This document shows, in pieces, positions 10,501 through 20,000 of a stretch of 64,000 nt of DNA (within the stretch, counting starts at the first letter, position 1; the number at the start of each line of letters is the position of its first letter). The DNA is from Catajapyx aquilonaris. Its lineage: Eukaryota. The notes below the pieces were generated by a model that searched no databases, was not told the DNA's origin, and saw only the letters and a list, made by a program, of their open reading frames with translations. The position numbers and the translations under genes are program-made. The stretch covers positions 1 through 64,000 of the forward strand of contig JYFJ02001744.1 of the NCBI GenBank assembly GCA_000934665.2, given 5' to 3'.

Positions 10501-13243
10501 TTTTTCTCGCGTAAAAAATCGCGAGTTTTGGACTACACAATCGTGCATAAATAAATCGAATTAACCAGATTAACTTGAATGAAATTATCTTTTTGCGGCC
10601 GCTGAAAAAAAAACTTCGAAAAAAAAAAATCTGACCTCGACCGGCAAATTTTTGGCATACGTAGTTGCCCCAAAACCTCATGAAGAGATTCCACCCTAAA
10701 ATTAGTGCAAAAGATAATTCAATAGTATGTTAAAAAATAAATAATGCTCGTAAATGCCAATTAGCTGCTGGCGGGCGTCTGCGCACTTCAACGCCAGCCT
10801 CCGTGTGGCTGGAGGGGCGCATGCTCCATGGGAGTTTCGAATAGCTGTGGAGTGAGTGAGGGTGGGGGTTGTATATTTGTCCGTTTGGTTGGCATCCCTG
10901 TCCCGTGAGGTATTATTCATGCATACTGGTCTGTGCAGTAGCACCAGCACGACACTTTGATAAACTTCTTGTCAGCCCAGGAGTGACAAAAAATTGGAGA
11001 AAAAAATGCGCAGGCGCGAAACGCACCCTTGCTGCATCAGTTGAGAGGTTCAGGAATTTAAATCTCCGCATGGCATGCCAAGAAGGTCCCATAAATGGTC
11101 TCAGGATCAAGCCTAGACACTACACGATGTTACTCACTAGATTAGTTATGCGTGGTCCCTCAAATGACAATGCAAGCGATTTTTTTTTTTTGTAGATTCT
11201 TGCAAAAACGTGAAAAAACCGCCTGTCTATTATTAGGGTTAAACTAAAGAATGATACAAAGCCACACCAGCCATGTTTTCTGAGCATGCGTAGTAGTATG
11301 CTTGCAGAGCGATTTGGGGACATGAGAGGAGGGAAGAGCCGGGTGGAAGTGGGGGTGACATCATAATGTCCTTTGGTTTAACTAACTGTATGTAAATAGT
11401 TGTTGTATTGTATCGCAGTTCACAGCGCTTAGGGGAAATTCAAGTTTAGATTTTTGGAACTTTTGGGCCTTTCTCGAATCTTTTTGATCTGCAGTTGGTT
11501 GAGTCCACAGATAAGGTGGGCGTACTCTATCAACAAATAAGCCTTGGTTTTGGCATTATACAGTATTTAAGTATCGATCCAGTACCGTACACTGGAGTAA
11601 GCGGTCTGTTGGTTACATGGGCTTAGCCAGTCCACATGGCACAGCTACTGCAGGATGCTGAAATTAATTTTTTCCTGTATTCCCAATTTGCCTTGACATT
11701 TTGTCTTGAGGAGAGAGAAGAATGTTAGGGGGTATTGCCAGGAAGAGTAAGCCAGGGAGTTGCATCCTTGCAGCCTCAGCCAGTAGCACTGGAGAAACAT
11801 TAGGTATTGGTGCAGCCTAGTGTTCACATACTCATGGGCCCCTGGCATCCTTCATTTCCACCATAAAAACAAACTGGTTGATCAAGCAATTCAGAGGCTG
11901 ACTTAAAATAACAAAGAAATAATATTGCAGTGAATGGCATGGCAAAAATGGAGGTGATAAGAAAAAACAGTAGATATAGGAATTTTAGTTATCTGCTGTG
12001 GTAGGCCTATGTCTTTTCCAAGTGGACTGGTGGCCAACGAATGTGTGGTTTACTCTCACTGCGCTATGAGTGCACCAACTTGAAACCAATGAGTCGTAAC
12101 TCCCAAGCCAAGGTGCATTCAGCTTGCCCGTTTATGGAACCTTTTTCACTTGTATAAGTTTTCCCCATTGAATGAGACTGGTTTCAGGAAAATCAGACAG
12201 ACTATTGCACCATTCCCTCGTGAGTGACAAGCACCATATCACTGCTCAAATCAAAGTGGTACCACTTCTTTTCAAACAAGCCTTGGAAAAATAATTGCAG
12301 CATGTTGACATGTCTGTGAATTGAAATGCTCCTGGGTTCAACATTTAAAGCCTTTTGGCAGCATTTTGGGTGACGATAAGTAGACTTGTGTCAGCCTGAA
12401 TACATGCAGGGGACCAGAATGCTCCTTGCCTTCAGTTTGAATCCTGAATGTGATATTCATTAGGTAGATGAAGGGCAGCAATATTAATCTTGTAGGGTTT
12501 TGAAGGCCATTTTGTTCACACTGGTCCATGCTTTCAGTATGTAGAATCAGAGTACACAGCTAGACGTCACAGCAGTCCCTTGGAAATTTTCCGGTGGGAG
12601 CGGCACGAGTGGAGATTGCCACTCGCACCGCCCACGCCGTAAATTTCCAAAGGCCTGCAATATATTATGTCCAGCCGTGTACGAAGTTCATTTTTCAGCA
12701 GTATGTGACATAATTATGCAATTGAATATTTCATTACATTAGCTTGGGAACTCTGTGCTACTATTTTTCCACCCCATCATGATGACACTTCCTTTCTGCT
12801 TTATATGTGATCGCAGTTTTAGCTTTTCCAACAAGGAAATTCATAAGGCTGTGCTATAAACCTAAAGAGTCTTTGTTTCCCTTCCAGCTCAAGCAAGTGC
12901 AACTACGTCAGAGTCATCAACACAGAAGAATCTTCCATCCCTGGAAGAATTCATGGAAAAAGGGCAGCCATTATCAGAATCTGTGGTGGCCATCCTTTTG
13001 TCACAGCCTGCCCCTCCCCAGATGCTGGATCACTGTCTGAATGATTCTCCGATCCCAACCATCTATGACAAATTGGATGGACGGATAGGTATGGACGAGT
13101 TTTCAGACTTCTTCAAGAGGTTTTTCCAGAAGGATAGGATGAAAGAAGGGATTTTCAAGTTATTATTGGAGCAATATGATAATGTGACCATAATGGAAGA
13201 GCTTGTCAAAAGTATGAAAGCAACCAGGGGTGATCATGCCTGA
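1338..13243 (+). CDS. RIF1: RIF1-like protein, C-terminal part only (disordered region, GILK/RVSF PP1 motifs, CII/CIII-like regions). Exons 1338-1405, 3409-5946, 8685-8793, 8891-9749, 12888-13243; 3930 nt, ~1309 aa
   Basis: The spliced translation reads ...SPSTPSVGILKKRPADWTSDASPTASKK|KPRVSFADPP... and IYPPLVACKDPVEAVITQMTCSAMKYFVLKMMRGIGIMTIGDLSSVSEEKAMQIPVKAPRIKNIRIALSNYH, matching the SILK/RVSF module and CII region of metazoan RIF1 as I recall them. All four introns are phase-consistent (2,2,0,1); intron 3 is GC-AG. Exon 1 is the least certain part. Confidence 0.85.
2601..2837. mobile_element. hAT (Charlie-like) MITE
   Basis: Termini CAGGGGTTCCCA... / ...TGGGAATCCCTG with a perfect 8-bp TSD GCTTAAGT (2593-2600, 2838-2845). 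Confidence 0.9.
4068..4134 (+). repeat. Coding tandem repeat, 3 x 21 nt (GLPKKKP)
   Basis: CTGGTTTGCCCAAGAAGAAGC repeated three times exactly. Confidence 0.95.
4814..5407 (+). repeat. Coding tandem repeat, 3 x 198 nt (66 aa)
   Basis: Units start at 4814, 5012 and 5210 (SKRK..KGWKS.RKT...DKLSPTRNN...AIE) and are near-identical at DNA level. Confidence 0.95.
5503..5649 (+). repeat. Coding tandem repeat, 2 x 69-72 nt (TSQLSSPSSRE..KPTQVL.GSPS)
   Basis: Units start at 5503 and 5572. Confidence 0.9.
6595..7655. mobile_element. Diverged fold-back element with ~270-bp inverted arms in RIF1-like intron 2
   Basis: 6595-~6860 is an imperfect reverse complement of ~7360-7655 (e.g. TTTGCTGAAAATAATCACAGCTGTACA on both arms). 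Confidence 0.75.
7698..8485. mobile_element. MITE with ~135-bp TIRs starting CAAGGGAAG and TAA target duplication (Tc4/Tc5-like or PIF-like)
   Basis: Near-identical long TIRs; TAA at 7695-7697 and 8486-8488. The family assignment rests on remembered Tc5 termini and TNA TSD. Confidence 0.85.
10379..11388. mobile_element. Small TA-flanked MITE (CAGT...ACTG) inserted in the MER2-like element
   Basis: TA at 10377-78 and 11389-90; after removing the piggyBac insert the left end CAGTCCTTTAAACTAAAG imperfectly matches the reverse complement of the right end, CAGTTAGTTAAACCAAAG. Confidence 0.6.
10390..11238. mobile_element. piggyBac-like non-autonomous element
   Basis: TTAA|CCCTAATAAGACGGGCG ... 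CGCCTGTCTATTATTAGGG|TTAA. Confidence 0.85.
12555..12679. mobile_element. Small palindromic TA-flanked MITE
   Basis: TA|CACAGCTAGAC ... GTCCAGCCGTG|TA with internal arms TTGGAAATTT/AAATTTCCAA and CGAGTGG/CCACTCG. Confidence 0.6.
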
Positions 13244-13896
13244 AATTGGACCTGCAAGAGACCCTTAAAAATTGCTTGGGGGTTGGTGGGGGGGGGGGGG
13301 GGGGGGTGTTCTATGTACAGCATTGGTGTACATTCTGGGTTAAGATTTGTTTTAATCAGGCTACATGATTTTATGCAGGATTGTTGTAGAGTTATGCTAT
13401 TCCCTATTGCAAGGATGGTCAGACACATTGTTGTCAGCTGCTAATCAGGCAGTGCTGATATTAACTGAAAACTTACACTTGGATCAAAATTGTTACATAC
13501 TGTAAGCTAAGACATCACAAGGATCAAAGATATAGATTTTTCTTCTCAGAAGTCATTTTAATATGTTGCAGTCAATGTTGGCATAGTTTGGCCTAGTTCT
13601 AGAGTGGCAACTAGTACATCCATTGAACTGCATATCAGTTTGAATATCTTAACTGGTGGATCTTATCAGGGGCATCTCTCGATCTGCAGTTGAGATCTCA
13701 GTTGATCTGACAGTGAGTTGAATTAAACATTGCAGCATGGGCCTTTTCCGATCACTTATCTGACTTAATATGTGTTGCAGGGCATAGTAATCTACCCAAG
13801 TTCCACTTCGGATATGTACAGTGTAATAGATACACACTTATAAGTTCTCTATTCTAGGGAATCTACTCCAGAAGTTGGTACGTTACAATGAAACGT

Positions 13897-14683
13897 GGGT
13901 TGTTTCATAAGTCATGGCACGTGTTTTTTTATTAAAAAACGGTAACACGTACAGAGATGACCTTTGCTGAATTTTGAAGCTCCGGCGATTACAATTTGAT
14001 CTGGCATATAGATGTCACCCATATCGTAAGGAGGCAGGGAAACAAAAGGGGGATCGTGACCCCCTCCCTCCCACTGCACCATCGTCCTAAGAAGGCCCGA
14101 GCCTGCCGCGCTTGGAGCTGTTGAACATTGCATGCTGGACACTCAGAGATGGACAACACTGGAGCTTGCTTTCGAGTGGTGGGACAAGTCAGAGCACTAT
14201 GCTTAGGACTCTAAAAGACTGAAAGGTCTCAGGAAGTTGGCATCTTCGCTGGTTCCTCACCATCTCTTTGAGGCGCAAAAGAGCCACCATTTTCCCTTCG
14301 CTTAGAACTCGATCGCATTGAGGGCGATGGTTTTTCTAGATGGTTTTTCCAAACCGTTTGTGGCGATGGATGACACATGGCTCCGGTCATAGTGCTCTTG
14401 TCCCACACTCGAAGCAAGCTCCAGTGTTGTCCATCGCCAAGTGTCCAGCATGCAGCCTCCAACAGCTCCAAGCGCAGGCTCGGGCCTTCTTAGGGCGATG
14501 CTGCAGTGGGGGGGCACGATCCCCTTTTTGTTTCCCCGCCCCCCTCGCGATATGGGAGACATTTATATGCCACATCAAATTGTAATATATATTGCTGGAC
14601 CTTCAAAACTCAGCAAAGGTCATCTCTGTATGTGTTACCGTTCTTGAATTTAAAAATACACGCCATGACTTATGAAACAACCC
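13897..14683. mobile_element. Fold-back MITE with ~300-bp inverted arms, in the probable RIF1-like 3'UTR
   Basis: GGGTTGTTTCATAAGTCATGGC... (13897-~14200) is the reverse complement of ~14387-14683; this explains the mirror-image ORFs 13912-14142(-) and 14441-14647(+). Confidence 0.85.
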
Positions 14684-15800
14684 TAGTAGTTGTGTTATGG
14701 AGAATAACTGAGTTGCAATACATTACCCTGATCAGTTTCCCGGCAAATTGCAAGTAGACTGCCACTAGTTGACTCAGAAGAGAAGAACCCTGCAACCTTG
14801 ACTGTAGTGTTCCAAGTGAAGTCCAAGTCCAAGAGAGGTTATCAATTTTTTGGCAGTAAGCTGCTTATGTAAAGCAGCTACTTTTGAGTTTATTACTTTT
14901 ACAGTTGTCAAATATTAGCTTCTAATATTAGGTTGAGTAGAATAGCCCTCTCATGGCACGCATTCCTATGCAATTAACAGCTTAAGACATCGAAAGTGAC
15001 CATTTTGAACCTCATTCTCCAGAAGTTTGTGGTTGAGTCTATTTTTTTCTGACTAGCTTCTGAAATTTGTGGAGAAAGATGCTTCCATTCATACTAATAT
15101 TACCAGGTAATACGTTTGATAACCTCTAATATGTGTTCCAAAGTAACTGCTTAAGAGTAAGGAGTTGATTGCAAGAAGAAATTGCTAACTGCTATGGACA
15201 CTTCAATTGGAACATGCTGTATGTCCATTGGGCCTGTCCATCCTAATGTGAGGGAGTTGCGTGAAGGTCACCATAGCCATGCGATTCCATCGGACCCACT
15301 TCTACCTGCTCATGTAACCCAAAGGCAAGTGACTGTTTACAGAACCCAATTTTCATAATGATAGCTGCAATCTGTGATCTCTCAGTACTTTCACCTTCGT
15401 CATGTCAAGGTGTAACAGGTCGGGCTGAGGAAGCCATAGGACTGCAGCATTTTTTGAGTTTTTTTTAAAGGTTAAAGTCATTGTGTCACTCCAAATACCA
15501 TCTGGTATGGGAAAATCTTCCACTATCTTGGCACAATAGGTTGGGACCTAATTCCATGATGGCTGCCATATAGGACGAAATTTTAGCTTTGTCTTTAAGT
15601 CATGTTGATGTCCACTTTTGCGGCACAAATTGGCAGTCAGTGTTAGCGTTATCATTCATACCCATTTTCATGAAAGACTGATCATTGCTATGGTTTTTAT
15701 GCCATTTATGTTCACATCGCATTTGTAGGTTTTCTACTGTTTACAGTGAGTTTTTTTTGTCAGCTGGTACCTATTATTTGAAAATTGATGTCCAGGCATA

Positions 15801-15836
15801 AATAAAGAAAGGTGTTGTAATTGTGGTCTTTTTAAT
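15801..15836. terminator. Facing polyadenylation signals: AATAAA (+, 15801-15806) and ATTAAA (-, 15836-15831)
   Basis: Hexamers 25 nt apart between two convergent genes, at the point where the + strand switches from T-rich to A-rich. Confidence 0.5.
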
Positions 15837-16429
15837 GTTATTTAAGTAACAACATCGAAATGGACAGCACTCTTTTATGACAAAATATATACATCACCTG
15901 CTGTTATTGGAGTAGGAGGGGAATGTTGCCTACGTAATTTGTTGCACCAGTCCATGTGCAATAAATAGTGCTTTCAATGTCCACTGATGGGGAATGGTAA
16001 GGGATGATCATAAAAGATGCACTGCACACACTAAAGATGGGTTGCACAACAGTAACTACAAAACAAGTTGTTGGTCAATGTTATTCAGTATCGGTAACAA
16101 TAGTAAAAAAAAACAATGAAAGACAACGACTTGCTTTGGATATATAACGCTCATGCAAGCAATCCTAGGTTTGTTTCTATTTCTAGCAGAACATGCCCAA
16201 GTGTGATAGGAGTATGGGGCTAGGCGATGACTGACAAATGATTGACTTCAGGTGCACTTGATGCATTCTTTTGAATTTTTTGCCAGAGAGAAGGCCTTGT
16301 TAACTGAAACAAAATTTTTGTTAAAGTAGATTACCATGGTACTTATTTGAGCATTTAATTGCGCACATTGAATGTAATGATGCAAATAGGCAAACCACAA
16401 TGTATTATGGTGATGTACTCATTTATGTC

Positions 16430-16545
16430 ACTGCCTTCCGCTTCATGAGGTCCTGTGTTTGAATCCTAGGTCAGGTGCAGGAATTTTAATGACTGGGACA
16501 GATTTCAACAGGTTCTTTGTGCTTGGCTGGATTTCCACAGACATC
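16430..16545 (+). mobile_element. Decayed tRNA-derived SINE remnant
   Basis: GAGGTCCTGTGTTTGAATCCTAG (16447-16469) resembles the SINE B-box region GAGGTCCTGGGTTCGAATCCCGG with its CpGs mutated. Confidence 0.4.
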
Positions 16546-17072
16546 TGATTCTTCATACAGAATTATCGAAGTCATATTTAGATGAAATTGAACTAAACAT
16601 TGGGTAGGAAAAAGTTTTTAATGGTACTTTTTGATGGTTCAATGAGTTTTCGGATTGAGCAATTACAGCTCTTTTAAGATGTGTGGAAAAAAGAGACTCC
16701 ATAAAGAGCATTGCAATCTTCAAACTTCAAAACCTCTTACCCTGAACTAATTTGATTATTATGATGCTGACTGCTTCATGTCAGGACTTTAATATGCTGA
16801 AATGCATTACTGTGGTGATGGATGGGATATGAACACTATGTATGTGGTAGCTTGATCAATCCATCATAATTATGTTAAGAGTTATATCATGACACTTCCT
16901 ATCACAAATGTTCATATTCTGCAGTTATTGAAACTAGCCTCAAAAAGAATATAAAATGAAGAGCTGAGTAAAAACTTCTAAAAACACACACCCACAATGG
17001 CACACATAGCGACTCAATCACCACAATCCTTCTTGAGCACTTGGGTCACTTTTAAGTCACTATTGTCACTGT

Positions 17073-20000
17073 TCACAGAAACTTCATCTGAGTGACATAC
17101 GGCGTTCTGGGTAGCGGCCTGGTTGCCATTCCCCCCTCCCTCCTCCCGCCCCCACTGCACGCCCCTCCTCCTCCTCCTCCCCCACCACAACCTGGGCCAC
17201 CACCGGGCCAGTGGTGGTGGTAATGGTGACTCTTCCCCTCACTCCTCCTGGTGCGGTGATGACGAGTTGTAGCTTCGTCGTCACTCACGTAACCTGCATT
17301 GCTGTAGAGCTCCTTGATGTGGACAGGATATGCCCCACCTCTGACTCCACCTTGACCCTTGCGCTTCCCACCTTTGCTGAGGCTGGACTCACTTGACTCC
17401 TCACCGGAAGTGCCCAAGCCCAAGTCCTTATCAGCAGGGTACCTGTCACGTGGAGGGCGACCTTTTGGAGGAGGTGGTAGCGTCAGCAGGGTCATACCCG
17501 GAAGGAGCTTCCCAGGCTCTAATGGTGGATACGTTGCCACAAAGAATGGGTGAGGTGGAAGGTTTTTCGTGTCTATCTGGAACTTCTTCTTGCGGTAACA
17601 TGACCCAGGTCCTAGTATGGACAGGAGCACTGGTAGTAAAAACAAGCCATGAATGGCCCCAAAGAAGATGACAAGGAAGATGGTCTTGAAGAAAGTGATG
17701 AAGATGTAACTTGGTGCGAATATGAGTGCAATCACACCCAGTATAGTTGACAGAGCTCCCTGGAGAATTGGCATTCCCAAGGCATAGAGACATTCTTGAA
17801 CTCGTTCTTCGGGTGTCAATCCGGATGATGACATGTAGGCATATGAGATGTGGGCTGAGAAGTCAACAGAGAAGCCTATGCACATGATGAGGTTGATCAT
17901 GGAGATGGCATCTAGGTTGACGTTCCAGAGAGTCATGTATCCAACCACACCCGACTCAATTGACATTATGGAGAAGAAGATCCAGAGGCAGCACAATGGG
18001 TTTGGAATGAAGATGAGGGACACCACCACCATTATTCCACCAGCTATCAGGATGCACTGCAGAGACGTTGGAAGAACCAGCAGGAACTGTAATAAAAGTT
18101 ACACATTAGAGGCTTAATCTTGTTGCCATCATCCAGCATCAAACTCATACCTGATCAAAGAAGACAAAGTACGGGTGGAAGACAGTGACATTGAACTTGG
18201 AATCCCTGCAGATCTTTCTGAGAGCCGCCACCATGTCCTTTTCCTTGTTGGCACTGGTGATGTTGACTGCCTGGATAACAAATCTTGAGGCCAAGATCTT
18301 GGTGTAGTTGGCGTTGAACAAGACATCAAGTGCAAATGTGCCACTTAGATACACGTCTCGTAGTGTGTCGATAAAGTCCTGCTCTGTAGATATGTTGTAC
18401 TCCTGGAATTCCCTACTTCTTTCCACGTAACCCAAAAATGAACGCAGCCATGACTCGGTGAAGAGTGAGTTGTTGATGTATGGAGAGGACTCAAATGTTT
18501 GCATCAACTCCTCAATATCACGCTGCACCTCTGGATCAGAGTAATCCTGCTCGCCACTCAGCACAACTTGTATCCTGTACGGGTACTCCCGGAAATACAA
18601 GTCTTCTCTGTCGTAATAGTCGACTGAGTAGGAGTCATATCGAGACAGTTTCCGTCTCTCAAGCCCTTCCTGCACCTGTGTAATGCCCCAACAACCGATC
18701 CCAAGGTAAGCCAAGAAGACCAAGATAACTAGGGCCTTCACCAGTGGATAGTTGAGCACTCGAGCCACCTTGTTCCTGAAGAATAACATAAGGGTGTGCT
18801 CTTTGTTGTCCTCTGGGTTATACGGATCCTTCTGGCTGATCCCTCCTGTGCAGAAGAGACGTCGGATGCAGCTGCGACCAGTGGCCTCCGACTTGGGGGT
18901 GGCCTCAAGGCAGCAAAAAAATGAATGACGGTTGTCCCTCTCATGGTAGCCAGACAATGCGATGCAGCCGCCGAAGAAGGTGATATGCCAAAGATATGTG
19001 CATATTACAGCCGTACCTATAGAATGATCATGAAAAAGTTGGGGATGAGCAGCGTACCGAATATATTTGACATCTTTATACACGAAGTCAACTCGTGCAG
19101 AATTATTATTTCTAGTATTGTTGTTGTTGCAGAAGAATATTCTGCCTATGCCGCAATAACGTTTCTTCTTGAGTGCATCAGTTAAGATAGATAAAAAAGT
19201 GCCATTTTGACACAGTTGTCCACAAAGCTTGACAGCAGGTCAAGCCAGAGTTAACGCATCCGCAACGCACTAGACACAGCGCATTCCATCCTCTGCAAAT
19301 GCCGTTCGCTCACCTGTGTACACCGAAAATATCCGCACACACGGGAAGGGCGTGATGACTCCAACCCAGAAGCTGAGTATGTCCGTGACTGAAGTGATGG
19401 TGATGGACACCGCCGCATCGGCATACATCTTTCCCATCCGGGCCGGTACCGACTCGTGAAGCGTCGTCCTTCGCCAGGCAGCCAGCATCACAAATGTGTC
19501 GTCGATCCCAATGCCTGAAGACAATAGAAAGCAATGTTGCGATCAACTCTCATGTGGCTTCCCATGCATACACATTTCGTAAAATTAGCAATGAATCTGA
19601 AACCAGAGAAACTCCAGATGTCACGGATTCACTGACATGCACTTTGATCGGAACATTTTATGAATTTCTCACTGGTCAATATAAAAAACAAAAAAACGCA
19701 CTTTCATTCACGCCCACACACGCGTTGCATTTCACCAGGCAAGTCCTCACTTTTCTTTCTCCAGGGCGCAACAAGTGTGGATAAAAAAGCAATTAACCAC
19801 GACATATTTCCCATCGTCGTCCTCTTTCTTCCCTACCTCTCCAGCTCGAAGAAAGGAAAAGTACAAGTATTACGTCAATTATGACATCCGTTCCATTTAA
19901 TTTAAAAAATGCTTTGTTATCGTGCGGCTAATTGTTCTTGCACACCCACAGCAATTACAACTTTTAAGCTTAATCAGTCCTGTTAATTGTTGTGCTCATT

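Larger units (their letters stand above)
10183..11527 (+). mobile_element. MER2/Tigger (pogo)-like non-autonomous element, interrupted by two nested insertions
   Basis: TA-flanked; 10183-10378 and 11391-11527 join as ...AATGCTA|TGTAAATAGTTGTT... and contain GGATACCAAAATC, TACTTTAAATCA and GTTGGTTGAGTCCAC, blocks that resemble the MER2 consensus from memory. Confidence 0.7.

Noticed and set aside
13912..14757. Pairs of similar short ORFs on opposite strands
   Set aside because: Produced by the inverted arms of a MITE; no recognisable protein.
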